64,000 bases of DNA from an uncultured Clostridia bacterium (lineage in GTDB: Bacteria; Bacillota; Clostridia; TANB77; CAG-508): the NCBI GenBank assembly GCA_948934525.1, contig CAQZSK010000001.1, forward strand, positions 293,095-357,094, read 5' to 3'. Both the position numbers and the translations under genes were made by a program. The notes beneath the pieces are model-generated. The model did not search any database. It saw nothing but the letters and a program-made list of their open reading frames with translations, and was not told the origin of the DNA. Shown here in pieces: positions 30,872 through 41,399 of this stretch (position 1 is its first letter; every line of letters begins with the position of its first letter).

Positions 30872-31831
30872 TTATCTTAGCATGTCTTTTTTATTGAGCC
30901 AAATTGCTGCAATTATTGCAATTATGATAGAAAATAAAAAAATAATTGTAAATCCCCATGGATTTTCTTGTAATGGTACAGGAACATTCATCCCCCAATA
31001 GCTGGCAACCATAGTAGGAATTGCTAAAATGATTGTAATAGATGTCAAATATTTCATTACTCGATTCAAATTATTTGATATAATAGATGCATATGCATCC
31101 ATTGTTCCATTCAAAATATCACTATATATTTTGGCCATTTCAATTGCTTGTTTATTTTCAATAATAGCATCTTCTAGAATGTCTTCATCTTCATCATAAA
31201 GTTTGACTATTTTTCCTCTCATTGTCTTTTCCATAACGACTTCATTTGACTTTAAAGAAGTTGTAAAATATACTAAACTTTTTTCCAAGCTCAATAATTT
31301 TAATAATTCTTTATTTTTCATAGAATCCTTTAAAACAGATTCTGCAATTTCTGTTTCTTTATTAATTTTCTTTAGTAGTGTTAAATATAAAGAAGAATTG
31401 GTATATAATAATTGTAACAAAAATCTACTTTTTTTATACGTAACAATATTTTTCATTTTATTTTTTGTAATATCTTGAATAATAGTATTTTGCTTTAAGG
31501 AAACAGTAATAAAATAATCATCTCTTACAAAAATAATTCCAATTGGCATAGTACTATAAATCATACTATCGCCTTCTTTTTCACGAACAGGAACATCAAT
31601 AATAAACAATATCGTATTATCTTCGTCTTCTATATCAATTCTGGCCTTTTCTTCTGGGTCCAATGCATAACGAATAAAATCCTCTTGTATTTGTAGCTTT
31701 TCGCAAACATCTTTTATTTCCGCTTCTGTCGGGGATATCATATTAATCCAATTTCCCTTTTCATATTCTGTTATCCTTTTTGTCTCATTTGTTTCTAAAT
31801 TAGTTTGATACATTTCTAACATGATAACCAC
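30872..31831 (-). CDS. corA: CorA-family magnesium/cobalt transporter
   Basis: C-terminal two TM helices with YWGMNV (GMN motif). Cytoplasmic N-terminal domain. Confidence 0.8.
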   Translation of the reverse strand: MVIMLEMYQTNLETNETKRITEYEKGNWINMISPTEAEIKDVCEKLQIQEDFIRYALDPEEKARIDIEDEDNTILFIIDVPVREKEGDSMIYSTMPIGIIFVRDDYFITVSLKQNTIIQDITKNKMKNIVTYKKSRFLLQLLYTNSSLYLTLLKKINKETEIAESVLKDSMKNKELLKLLSLEKSLVYFTTSLKSNEVVMEKTMRGKIVKLYDEDEDILEDAIIENKQAIEMAKIYSDILNGTMDAYASIISNNLNRVMKYLTSITIILAIPTMVASYWGMNVPVPLQENPWGFTIIFLFSIIIAIIAAIWLNKKDMLR

Positions 31832-31939
31832 CCCTTCATGTTTTATTTTACTACTTTATTAAAAATGTGACAACACTTTTTCTCTAAAAACTCTTGACAA
31901 AATCGCGCTATGCGCTTTATAATAAGTATTGTACATTTA

Positions 31940-32015
31940 TGCGCTATTAGCTCAGTTGGTAGAGCAGCAGACTCTTAATCTGATGGTCGGAGGTTCGACT
32001 CCTCTATGGCGCACC
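31940..32015 (+). tRNA. tRNA-Lys (anticodon CTT)
   Basis: Cloverleaf: acceptor GCGCTAT/ATGGCGC, D arm GCTC-AGTTGGTA-GAGC, anticodon loop CTCTTAA, T arm GGAGG-TTCGACT-CCTCT, CCA end. Confidence 0.8.
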
Positions 32016-32191
32016 AAATTATTTTAAATCTTATTCTTTTAACGACTTGCAAATATATTTTACTCAAGTATAGAACAACAGATTTTTAGGTAAAAAAGTG
32101 CCTAATCTGTTGTTTTATATTTTATTAAACAATATCACAAAATTAATATGAAAAATCATAACTTTAAGGTATAAAAGGAGGAGGTATTTAT

Positions 32192-32818
32192 ATGAAATTA
32201 TCAACTTTAACCTGTCCAAACTGTGGAGCTAATTATAATCCTACTAAATATCAATGTGATTATTGTGGTAGTTATATTATTATGGATAATAATAATTATG
32301 TTAGTTTCGATAATATCACTTTTCAAAAACCTGAAAATGAAAAATATAAAGGTATTTATGTCTTTGGTACTCTTTTAGGAGAAAATGAAAAGCCCCTAAG
32401 TCTTGGAAGTGCTAACTATTATACTAGTACTTATAATAATGTTGGTGGTAAATTACTTTTAACAAATCATTCTCTTTCTTTCACTTCACATACTATATTG
32501 CAAAATAAAACAACTACAGTTATTCCTTTAAGAGACATCGTTAATGTAAAAGTTACAAAGAATCTTCTCATTAGTCAACACATTTCTATACTCACACAAT
32601 CAAATGAGTATATTTTCGTTGTATATCACGGTCAAGAATGGGTGAGTAAGATTAACCTTGCCAAACAAAATGAACAAGTTGAAAATTATAATGCAGGTAA
32701 TTCTACAAGCAATAATAATCAATATGATGAGTTGAAAAAGTTAAAAGAATTATTAGATAGTGGCATTATTACAGAGGAAGAATTTGTTTTAAAGAAAAGA
32801 AATATTTTAAATATTTAA
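32192..32818 (+). CDS. zinc-ribbon / bPH-like / SHOCT-domain protein
   Basis: N-terminal CPNCG...CDYCG zinc ribbon. C-terminal SHOCT motif YDELKKLKELLDSGIITEEEFVLKKRNIL. Confidence 0.55.
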   Translation: MKLSTLTCPNCGANYNPTKYQCDYCGSYIIMDNNNYVSFDNITFQKPENEKYKGIYVFGTLLGENEKPLSLGSANYYTSTYNNVGGKLLLTNHSLSFTSHTILQNKTTTVIPLRDIVNVKVTKNLLISQHISILTQSNEYIFVVYHGQEWVSKINLAKQNEQVENYNAGNSTSNNNQYDELKKLKELLDSGIITEEEFVLKKRNILNI

Positions 32819-32880
32819 CCAATAATAAACAAAAATACCACCTTGATGACCAAAGTGGTATTTTTTATTCTTTTATTATA

Positions 32881-34839
32881 TTACTGCTTTGTTCCTTTTC
32901 TTACTATTCTTTCTTGTGGACTATAAGTATCTTTTGATAATAATGTTTGAGAAATAATTTTTCCATTTAGTTTTAAAATTTTGTATCCTTCACTTCTGCA
33001 ACCATTAAATCCAATTTGTTCTACTACTTCTTTTCCAGCCTCTAAAGTTGGGTCTTCTTTATATGTTGTTGTATTATTAATATATGAGGTTATTTTTGAT
33101 TGTATAATTACTTCGTACTCTACATCTTCTTTAATTCCATAAAAACTAATTTTACATACTCCATTTTTAGCAGTTGCTACAATTTTAATTGGATAAGATC
33201 TTGTATTTTTAAAACAAAAGTCTAAACTTCCATAATATACAGTTGCATCTCTACTTGCCGCTACATAATCCACTGTAAAAGTATGGTTTGTTCTTTCTGT
33301 AACTTCTAAATTTGCTAATAATACTGCATTATATAATGTTGATGATACTTGACAAACGCCTCCACCTATACTTGGTACAACTTTTCCTGAGATATAAGCA
33401 GTCCCCTCTTTCCAGCCTGCTTCTATTGTTCTAGAACCTACAGTTTTATTATATGAAAAGGTCTCTCCTGGCATAATAACTGTTCCATTAATCTTTTTAG
33501 TCGCTAACTCTACATTATATGCCCTATTCGTTGCACTTGCATCATAAATAGTTGAAAAGGTTGCTAATTGTTCTGCAAAAGCTTCCTCACCTAAATCAGA
33601 CAATTTCTTTTTAGGTTTTGTTACTTTAAGTGGAATTTCATATTCTTTTTTATCTTCTTGAATTAATTTTTTTGCTTCCTCCATTGAAATTCCAAAATCA
33701 ATTCCATCTTCTTCTACATGGACTTTTATTGGATTTTTTTCTACATAAGCATCTTTTGGTTCTTTATAAATTTCATTTCTTATTTTTTCTAAATCAATTG
33801 GGTTGGGTTGTTTTTTCTCTACAGGAATTTCAATTTCTTGATAAGGAATATGAATATTTTCTAGCTGCTCAATAATTTGATTTTGCAATTTTTCCTTTTG
33901 AATAACATATCCTTCTTTTCCTTTTACAACAATTAATTTTTGATTTTCTATATAATAGCTGTATTCTACTACTGCATCCTTCATTTTAGAATTTGTATCA
34001 CTAATTGTCGTATTCATAAATTCTTCATCCCAATGAAGTTTTGCATCAATCTCTGATTTAAAAAGCTTAGTCCATAAAATAGCATAATTATTAACTATAA
34101 TATTTCCACCTCTGCCAATGTTATAAGCTTCTGCAACCGCAGTATCTACATCAAATTTAGCATTAAATGTATTAGCATTTACACTTACTTCTGAATCTCC
34201 ATGTTTTAAGATTAAACTATCCTTTTCATTAGAAAACTTCTCATTAATTGCGTCATTTAATCTCTTTTTAGCTTCGTCTATAGTCAAATTACTTACATCT
34301 ATTCCTAATATAGAAATTCCTTTTAAAATTTTTTGATTATTAATATTCATTAAAGCAAAAATAATGGAAAATACTAATATAACAAGAAGAGCCAGAACCA
34401 TACTAAAAGTTATTATAATTCCTTTTTTTCTATTTTTAAATTGCTTTTCGACAGGTACAAATTGTTGTGGATCCTTTATTTCTTCACTTTTTTTCTCTTC
34501 TATTACTTCTTCTTGTGTTTTCTTCTCCTCATTCTTTAATTCATTATTTTCCTTTTTTACATTCTCTATACTGTCACTCTCTTTTTGTTCTTTTATTAAA
34601 TCTACAACTTCTTGTACAATTTGCTTGGCATTTTCTTCCCTTTGTTTTTCTTTTTTAGCCTCTTCTTTTTTCTCTTTTACTGGTTTTTCTTTTACTTCTT
34701 TCTTTTCTCCTTCACTCTCTTTTTTTGGAGTTCTTTTATTCTTTTTTTTAGGCTTTTCTTCTGTAACTACTGCTTCTTTTTCTTCTGTAATCTCCTCCGA
34801 AGTCTCAGCTTCTTGCGCTTTTTTGTTTTCTTCTTCCAT
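32881..34839 (-). CDS. VanW-family protein with Lys/Glu-rich N-terminal low-complexity region and TM anchor
   Basis: VanW hallmark GGGVCQVSSTLYNAVLLANLEV. TM helix. RBS AGGGAGAAAATT before the ATG at 34839 (the ORF-track start at 34890 is probably too early). Confidence 0.8.
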   Translation of the reverse strand: MEEENKKAQEAETSEEITEEKEAVVTEEKPKKKNKRTPKKESEGEKKEVKEKPVKEKKEEAKKEKQREENAKQIVQEVVDLIKEQKESDSIENVKKENNELKNEEKKTQEEVIEEKKSEEIKDPQQFVPVEKQFKNRKKGIIITFSMVLALLVILVFSIIFALMNINNQKILKGISILGIDVSNLTIDEAKKRLNDAINEKFSNEKDSLILKHGDSEVSVNANTFNAKFDVDTAVAEAYNIGRGGNIIVNNYAILWTKLFKSEIDAKLHWDEEFMNTTISDTNSKMKDAVVEYSYYIENQKLIVVKGKEGYVIQKEKLQNQIIEQLENIHIPYQEIEIPVEKKQPNPIDLEKIRNEIYKEPKDAYVEKNPIKVHVEEDGIDFGISMEEAKKLIQEDKKEYEIPLKVTKPKKKLSDLGEEAFAEQLATFSTIYDASATNRAYNVELATKKINGTVIMPGETFSYNKTVGSRTIEAGWKEGTAYISGKVVPSIGGGVCQVSSTLYNAVLLANLEVTERTNHTFTVDYVAASRDATVYYGSLDFCFKNTRSYPIKIVATAKNGVCKISFYGIKEDVEYEVIIQSKITSYINNTTTYKEDPTLEAGKEVVEQIGFNGCRSEGYKILKLNGKIISQTLLSKDTYSPQERIVRKGTKQ

Positions 34840-35024
34840 AATTTTCTCCCTTAAATAAGTATATACTTTCCTTTTCAATAATATTACCATAGTTATGTTT
34901 TATTTACAATAAAAATTCTTTGATATTTTGTCAGATTTTAGAAAATTTTCTCTATTTATACTAGACAATTTTTTTCTTTTCTAATATAATTACTTTAGAG
35001 AATTTTGGAAAAGAGGGATATTTT

Positions 35025-35615
35025 ATGTTAGGACATATGATAGCTTATATTCGTAAAGATAGAAAATTGACAAAAGCCAGTATTTCTAAAGGAACAAATA
35101 TCAATACTGGGCATCTAACTCATATTGAAAAAGGCGAAAGAAATCCTAGTCATAAAGTACTAAAAAATATGTGTAAAACGATGGGGATCCCATATAGACC
35201 TTTAATGTATACTTATGATAAAGAAATTACAGAAGAACAAGAAAGTTATAAAATAGAAAATCATATCGCATATGATAAAATTCCTGCTGTAGATTTATTA
35301 GGTAGTTTCATTGAATGTCCACTTTCTTCCCCAGGTGCTTGTATTGCTGTTAAAATGAATGATAGTTCTATGGAACCTAAAATTAAGAAAGATTCTTATG
35401 TTTATATTGAATTTAACACACCTCTTGATAATAAAGATATTGGGTTATTTCATTATCAAAATCAATATCTTATTCGTAGATTTATTGTTCGTAAAGACGG
35501 AATTGCTTTAAGATCTGAAAATAGAATTGATATTCCTGACATTTGCTTAGACCCAAAGGATGCATTCTATATTGTTGGAAAAGTAGTAGGCAGTACAGAT
35601 ACATCAAATAGCTAA
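35025..35615 (+). CDS. XRE-family HTH repressor with C-terminal S24 (LexA-like) peptidase domain
   Basis: HTH_XRE N-terminus (TKASISKGTNINTGHLTHIEKGERNPS). C-terminal SMEP...K segment typical of S24 self-cleaving repressors. Confidence 0.65.
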   Translation: MLGHMIAYIRKDRKLTKASISKGTNINTGHLTHIEKGERNPSHKVLKNMCKTMGIPYRPLMYTYDKEITEEQESYKIENHIAYDKIPAVDLLGSFIECPLSSPGACIAVKMNDSSMEPKIKKDSYVYIEFNTPLDNKDIGLFHYQNQYLIRRFIVRKDGIALRSENRIDIPDICLDPKDAFYIVGKVVGSTDTSNS

Positions 35616-35738
35616 AAATATTTTTGTACTTTTCAAGTAAGATATTTTAGTTTTTTTGTCAGAAATACTTGAATAATCTATTTTTTAATATTATAATATC
35701 AAAATAGATAAACAAGAGATAAATAAGGAGAAAATTAA

Positions 35739-36200
35739 ATGGAATTAGTAAAGAATATTTTCTTTAATACAGATAAATTAGTAGAGAATACAAAGGTTAA
35801 GATTTCTTATGCAGGCAACCTTTTTCAAGGTAATTCAGAAGAAGTATTTATTCATTATGGCTTTGGCTTAGAATGGAACTATTTAGGTGAAATTCAAATG
35901 GAAAAAACAGAATTAGGATTCCAAGCTGAAATAGAATTACCTGCTAGTGAAACTTTTAATTTTTGTTTTAAGAATGAAAAGGGAGAATGGGATAATAATG
36001 GTGGTCAAAACTATACATTTCCTATTGAAAAAGTAGAGCTTGCTTTAGTTCCTCAAGATGAAACTACTTTAGATGCTCCTAGAAAATTAAGAAAATCATA
36101 TATTTGGAGCAAAAAAATACGTTTAGCTATTTATAAAGTAATTACTTATCTTCCTAAATTAATTTCAGGAAATTATAAAAGAAAAATATCAAATGAATAA
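35739..36200 (+). CDS. hypothetical protein, possible beta-sandwich carbohydrate-binding-like domain
   Basis: KGEWDNNGGQNYTF resembles starch-binding CBM25/26-type motifs. Weak. Confidence 0.3.
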   Translation: MELVKNIFFNTDKLVENTKVKISYAGNLFQGNSEEVFIHYGFGLEWNYLGEIQMEKTELGFQAEIELPASETFNFCFKNEKGEWDNNGGQNYTFPIEKVELALVPQDETTLDAPRKLRKSYIWSKKIRLAIYKVITYLPKLISGNYKRKISNE

Positions 36201-36203
36201 TAA

Positions 36204-36234
36204 AAACCTCGGTTAACCCGAGGTTTCTTTATTT
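36204..36234. terminator. bidirectional rho-independent terminator
   Basis: aaacctcgg-ttaa-cccgaggttt perfect hairpin flanked by A/T runs, between convergent genes. Confidence 0.55.
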
Positions 36235-36989
36235 TAAATATACCATCCACCATTTACTGAAATTATTTGTCCAGTAGTATATTCATCTTCGATCAGCCAT
36301 TTTACACACTTGGCAATATCTTCTGCCTTTCCAATACTTTCAAGAGGTATTTCATTTCTTATCTCTTCCCACTCTTCTTTGCTTACATTTTTATTCATAT
36401 CTGTATTAATTATTCCTGGTGCAATACTGTTTACTCTAATATGTGATGGTCCAAGTTCTTTTGCTAATGCCTTCGTCATTCCATCAACTCCAGCCTTTGC
36501 TACACTATAATGTACTTCACATGAACCTCCTGTTACTCCCCAAATAGACGAAATATTAATAATTGTTCCCTTTTGCTCTTTAATCATGTGAGAAACAACT
36601 TCTTGTGTACAATAAAAAACTGAAGTTAGATTTGTTTGCATCATTTTATTCCAATCTTCATCTGTTATTTGTGTAAATAATTTTTCTTGTGCTATTCCTG
36701 CATTATTAATTAATACATCAATTCTATGATATTTTTCTATTGTAAACTTGATAAGTTTTATTACTTCTTCTCGTTTTGAAACATCTGCTTTAAAAATTTC
36801 TATTTCTTTATTTTGTTTTTGTAATCCTTGTTTTGTTATTTCTGCCGCTTCTTTTGAATTATTATAATTCAATACAATCTGATAATTTTCCTGTGCTAAT
36901 AACTTAACAATGCCAGCACCAATTCCTCTTGCCCCCCCTGTTACAATAACAACTTTATTTGATACACTTTTTTCTTTATTTTCTTCCAT
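36234..36989 (-). CDS. SDR-family oxidoreductase, 3-oxoacyl-ACP reductase (FabG)-like
   Basis: VVIVTGGARGIGAGI (TGxxxGxG), NNAG, catalytic YSVAKAG (YxxxK). Start taken at MEENKEK. Confidence 0.8.
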   Translation of the reverse strand: MEENKEKSVSNKVVIVTGGARGIGAGIVKLLAQENYQIVLNYNNSKEAAEITKQGLQKQNKEIEIFKADVSKREEVIKLIKFTIEKYHRIDVLINNAGIAQEKLFTQITDEDWNKMMQTNLTSVFYCTQEVVSHMIKEQKGTIINISSIWGVTGGSCEVHYSVAKAGVDGMTKALAKELGPSHIRVNSIAPGIINTDMNKNVSKEEWEEIRNEIPLESIGKAEDIAKCVKWLIEDEYTTGQIISVNGGWYI

Positions 36990-37101
36990 AGCTTCTATTG
37001 CTCCTTTATATATGCTTGTTAAAGAGTGACAGTTCAACCTAATTCTCTTCCTAAAATTCAAAAAACTAGACAAGTTATATAACAAGCCTAGTTTTAAGTA
37101 A

Positions 37102-37177
<76 letters not shown>

Positions 37178-37182
37178 GTATT

Positions 37183-37257
37183 TGGTGACCCCGACGGGAA
37201 TCGAACCCATGTCTCCGCCGTGAAAGGGCGATGTCTTAACCGCTTGACCACGGGGCC
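37183..37257 (-). tRNA. tRNA-Glu (anticodon TTC)
   Basis: Reverse complement GGCCCCGTGGTCAAGCGGTTAAGACATCGCCCTTTCACGGCGG...GGTTCGATTCCC...CACCA. Confidence 0.8.
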
Positions 37258-37310
37258 ATGTTAAAAAATTTTTTGCTAGGATTTAAGTAACTATGTCTTA
37301 AATCCTAGTT

Positions 37311-37386
37311 TGGTGAGCCATCGCGGACTCGAACCGCGGACAACTTGATTAAAAGTCAAGTGCTCTACCACCTGAGCTAATGACCC
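37311..37386 (-). tRNA. tRNA-Lys (anticodon TTT)
   Basis: Reverse complement GGGTCATTAGCTCAGGTGGTAGAGCACTTGACTTTTAATCAAG...GGTTCGAGTCC...CACCA. Hairpin ctaggatttaag...cttaaatcctag (37276-37308) separates it from tRNA-Glu. Confidence 0.8.
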
Positions 37387-37531
37387 AAGTTTAAAGCCGG
37401 TTAACATTTCTATGTTAGCACAGCCTCTATTGTAAACTATTTTTTAAGATTTGTCAATATAATTTTTCATTTTTTGTCATACTTTTGTAATTTTTCTTTT
37501 ATTTTTAGTAAAATATCTCTATTAACATTCT

Positions 37532-37717
37532 TTATTCTTTTAATTGTTTCATTAATTCTTCCACATCAATATCATGTACTTCGCAAGCTTCTTCTATTGT
37601 TTCTGCTTGAGAAGCAGGACATCCCAAACAATGCATGCCAGCATTTAATAATATCTCAGCCTTTTCTGGAGCAACTCTTAATAATTCTCCAATTGTCATA
37701 TCTTTATTTATTTCCAT
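37532..37717 (-). CDS. DUF1858 domain small protein
   Basis: 61 aa TIGELLRVAPEKAEILLNAGMHCLGCPASQAETIEEACEVHDIDVEEL matches the DUF1858 family. Confidence 0.55.
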   Translation of the reverse strand: MEINKDMTIGELLRVAPEKAEILLNAGMHCLGCPASQAETIEEACEVHDIDVEELMKQLKE

Positions 37718-38020
37718 CTTCTTTTCTCCTTTTTCTCATCAATTTTTTCTTATTTTACCACATTTTTTCCAAAAAGTATAGACAAACTAAAAATTTTGTT
37801 ATAGTATATGTGTACTAAAAGGAGTGGTTTATTATAGAATTAATTGATTATTTTTTTATCCTTCTTATTATAAATTCTTTTGTCTTTTTTTATTCAATAT
37901 ACACTTTTTTCGAAATAAAAATACTCCACAATAAACAAGGTTCTAAATTAAATATTAAGAAAAACTCTATGGATAGGAGGTAATCTTACGTTTAAACGTA
38001 TTTTTTTCACATTATGTTTT

Positions 38021-39740
38021 ATGTTATTTTTTTGCTACATTGGTTACATTCTCTTTTCTCCTCTATATTTTTCAGACCATATTATTATTGATTATGGAAT
38101 ATATCCTTTTAATATTTGTGTAGAACAACCCATACTTTGGCATTATTGTAAATATTGGTTTATTTTCACTTACTTATTTTCTGCATTTTTTATTACTAAC
38201 TCTATTTTCTACTTATTTCATAACTTACTATTAAAGTTTTCTCATCCTCAAATAAGGAAAAATCTAAAACAAGCAAGTTTAAAGAAAGAAAAAAAATCTT
38301 ATTCTCTAATAGAATCACCTCTTCCTAAACCAAATTTAGAATTGCTTATTCGGAAAAACTGAAAAAACAAAAGAATTAGTTTCTCTTCCAGAGAAAAGCC
38401 TATACCAAAATTTCTTAATTACTGGAACAATTGGAACAGGCAAAACAAGTAGTGCAATGTATCCTTTTACCAAGCAGCTCATAGGTTATCTCCATCAAGA
38501 TTCTACCCAAAAACTAGGAATGTTAATACTAGATGTTAAAGGAAATTATTATCAAAAAGTTTTAGAATTTGCCAAAGAATTTCATAGAACTCAAGATGTA
38601 ATTGTTATTGAACTTGGTGGCAATTATTATTACAATCCTTTACATAAACCAAATCTAAAACCTGGTATTCTCGCAAATCGTTTAAAGACTATTTTACTAT
38701 TATTCTCAAAAAATAACTCCGAAACTTATTGGTTAGATGAAGCAGAAAAAGTGTTAACTGAAGCAATTAAATTATGTCGCTTATATAATAATAACTATGT
38801 TACTTTTGAAGAACTTCATAAATTAGTCACTCAGCCAAATTATTATTTACAAAAATTAGAAAAACTACGTGAAAAATTCATTCAGAATTACTTTTCGCAA
38901 ATTGAAATCTATGACTTACTTTCTTCTATCTCTTTTTTCGAAAAAGAATTTTTAAGTTTAGACCAGAGAACATTATCTATATTAAAATCCGAAATTACTC
39001 GCATTACCAATTGTTTCATTTCTGATTATGAAGTTTTAAAAACCTTTAATCCTTCTTTAAACGATTTAAACTTTCTTGGTTTTAAACAAGTATTATTAGA
39101 AGGAAAAATTGTAGTACTTAATATGAATATTAGTGAATATAGCAATCTCTCAAAAATAATTGCTGCTTATTTAAAATTAGATTTTCAAACAGAGGTAATG
39201 TCAAGACTTGCTAAATATTCTAACGGTAATTTTCGCAGTGTCTGTTTTATTTCTGATGAGTATTCTGAATATTGTACAGAAACAGATAGCAATTTTTTCG
39301 CTCAAAGTAGGGAAGCCAAATGTATTAATATTGTAGCAACGCAAAGTTATACTTCTTTATTAAATACATTACATGAGCCATCAGCAGTCAATGTCATTAT
39401 TCAGAATTTAATTAATAAACTGTGGTTTCGTAGTGACGATTTATGGACTATTGAAAGTGCTCAAAAACAAATTGGAAAAGAAGATAAAGAAAAAATCTCA
39501 AAAGGAATTTCTGAAAATGCCAAAGAAACAGTCTTCAACTATTTTACTAACTCTTTAAACTCCAAAAATTCTAGTATCACAGAAACAGTTAGTACCTATA
39601 TGCATTCTGATTTTATTTATGATACAAATTTTTTTACACAGTCTTTAGAAAATTTTACTTGTTTAGCATTTTTGTCTGATGGTTCAAAAATTATTCCACC
39701 CCAAAAACTCCATTTATTTCCTTATTTCATTTCACATTAA
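38021..39740 (+). pseudogene. VirD4/TraG-TraD-like type IV coupling protein, split by a frameshift at the poly-A tract 38353-38367
   Basis: N-terminal piece (38021-38362) has two TM helices. The downstream piece is open from 38340 in another frame and carries Walker A LITGTIGTGKTSSAM immediately before the annotated ATG at 38457. Walker B-like CFISDEYSEY follows. Confidence 0.55.
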
Positions 39741-39791
39741 CTCTACTATTGACATATTGCAAATGTTTATTATTTTTAAGGAGGTTTTTCT

Positions 39792-40154
39792 ATGTTTTTA
39801 AAAAACACAAAAAAATTTAACTTTTATTTTAAGTATTTCTTTACCCTCTTATTAGTCTTATTATTTATATTCTTTACTTCCACAAAAGTTCAAGCTGGTT
39901 TGTTTGATGGCACTCCTGCTCTAGTTAATAAGTTGAATTCTGCTTTTGAAAAAGTCGAAGATTGGTTATTAAAGCTGTCTACACCAGCTGCTGCAGTTGC
40001 TATTGCTGTTGGTGTATTTATGAAAAAGTTTAGCTTTGGAGATGAAGAAAGAATTCGAACCGCTAAAAAAATTATTCGTGGAAGTTTATTTTCTTATGGC
40101 TTTATTTTAGTTCTTAATCTAATCTTATCTGCAATCAAAAGTTTATTAACTTAG
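39792..40154 (+). CDS. T4SS pilin-like protein (VirB2/TrbC-like)
   Basis: Signal peptide ending VQA, then two hydrophobic helices (AAVAIAVGVF..., LFSYGFILVLNLIL). Located before the VirB6-like and VirB3-like genes. Confidence 0.45.
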   Translation: MFLKNTKKFNFYFKYFFTLLLVLLFIFFTSTKVQAGLFDGTPALVNKLNSAFEKVEDWLLKLSTPAAAVAIAVGVFMKKFSFGDEERIRTAKKIIRGSLFSYGFILVLNLILSAIKSLLT

Positions 40155-40166
40155 GAGGTACTTTAT

Positions 40167-41051
40167 ATGGAAGAAACATCTTCTTTAACAAATTCGATTA
40201 TTCAAACCATCAACTCTATCTTTCAAACTCTATTTTCATCTATTGATGATAGTATTTATCAAGTATTAGACGATTTAGTCTTTATTAATTCTGATATTCT
40301 GAATAATTCTATCTTTGAAAAAATTTTTGGAATAAATGCTTCAAATGGTTTATTAGTAATTGCTAATTCTTTGCTTATTGGTTTTTCTTTATATTATGCT
40401 ATACGTCTTCTCTACTCTTATTATATGAACTTGCAAATTGAAAGACCTTATCAATTTATATTTAAGTTATTAATTTTTGGAATTGTTATGAATTGTTCTT
40501 TTTCCCTTTGTAAACAATTCTTAGAATTAAATAGCTTCATTTCCGAATCAATTCAAAGTCTTGGAATAAATATATTTGATCATGAAATTTCTTTTTCTGA
40601 ATTAATTAATCAATTAAATAAAATACTTTCATTAAAAGAAGCTGAATTTAATATTTTCTCATTTGATGGTTTACTAAAAGGCTTTATTTCCATCAGTTTA
40701 TTTAATTTAATTTTCTCTTATTCTTTAAGATATGTGTTAATAAAGTTATTTGCTCTACTAACCCCCTTTGCCATTCTAAGTTTAATTAATCAATCTTCCT
40801 CTTGGTTTTTCAAAACTTGGCTTCGAACTATTTTATCATTACTCTTACAACAATCTTTAGTCTCTCTTATTTTATTATTACTTTTTTCAGTTAACTTATC
40901 TGCTACTGATATTTTTTCTAAATTGCTATGTATTGGTGGCATATATGCTTTGATTCGAGCAAATTCTTATATGAGAAGTTTGATTGGTGGAATTTCTACT
41001 GATGTTTCAAATCATTTAAATATTGGAACTAATTTCTTAAAAAGCATATAA
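40167..41051 (+). CDS. VirB6/TrbL-like polytopic membrane protein
   Basis: 294 aa with 6 or more TM helices. T4SS context. Confidence 0.45.
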   Translation: MEETSSLTNSIIQTINSIFQTLFSSIDDSIYQVLDDLVFINSDILNNSIFEKIFGINASNGLLVIANSLLIGFSLYYAIRLLYSYYMNLQIERPYQFIFKLLIFGIVMNCSFSLCKQFLELNSFISESIQSLGINIFDHEISFSELINQLNKILSLKEAEFNIFSFDGLLKGFISISLFNLIFSYSLRYVLIKLFALLTPFAILSLINQSSSWFFKTWLRTILSLLLQQSLVSLILLLLFSVNLSATDIFSKLLCIGGIYALIRANSYMRSLIGGISTDVSNHLNIGTNFLKSI

Positions 41052-41083
41052 AGCAAAATATTATTATTTAAAAAGGTGAAAAA

Positions 41084-41365
41084 ATGAAATTTATCTTCCC
41101 ACAAAATTATAATTTTAAAAATAAATTTTTAGGTATAATTGATTATTCTACTTTATTATTAAATCTTATTTGGGATTTATTTATTTTTGTATGTGTTAAT
41201 TTATTTTTTCAAAATATAACTATTAAAGTATTTATTTTAATTATTTTTGGTTTACCTATATTATTATTTAGTATTGTTGGCTTCAATCATGAAAATATTT
41301 TTTATATTCTAATTTATTTAATTACATATCTAAAAAATCCTAAATTATATTTTTATAACAAATAA
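41084..41365 (+). CDS. VirB3/TcpE-like small membrane protein
   Basis: 93 aa, two long hydrophobic helices, same architecture as the 2142-2432 product. Confidence 0.4.
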   Translation: MKFIFPQNYNFKNKFLGIIDYSTLLLNLIWDLFIFVCVNLFFQNITIKVFILIIFGLPILLFSIVGFNHENIFYILIYLITYLKNPKLYFYNK

Positions 41366-41399
41366 ACTTCATTTTTTAGTATTATTTTTGCTCTGTCTA

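Noticed and set aside
34364-34858. Plus-strand ORFs (164, 63, 80 aa) antisense to the VanW-family gene
   Set aside because: They lie opposite the Lys/Glu-rich low-complexity N-terminal region of the VanW protein. Their F/S/L-rich products are mirror artefacts of the AAG/GAA-rich coding strand.
35025-35615. XRE/S24 repressor as evidence of a prophage
   Set aside because: No integrase, terminase, capsid or lysis genes in the vicinity. Flanking genes are ordinary chromosomal ones, so it is treated as a stand-alone LexA-like regulator.
38457-39740. 427-aa ORF as a complete protein
   Set aside because: The Walker A motif of the VirD4-like ATPase is encoded directly upstream of this Met in the same frame, so the ORF is the 3' part of a frameshifted gene.
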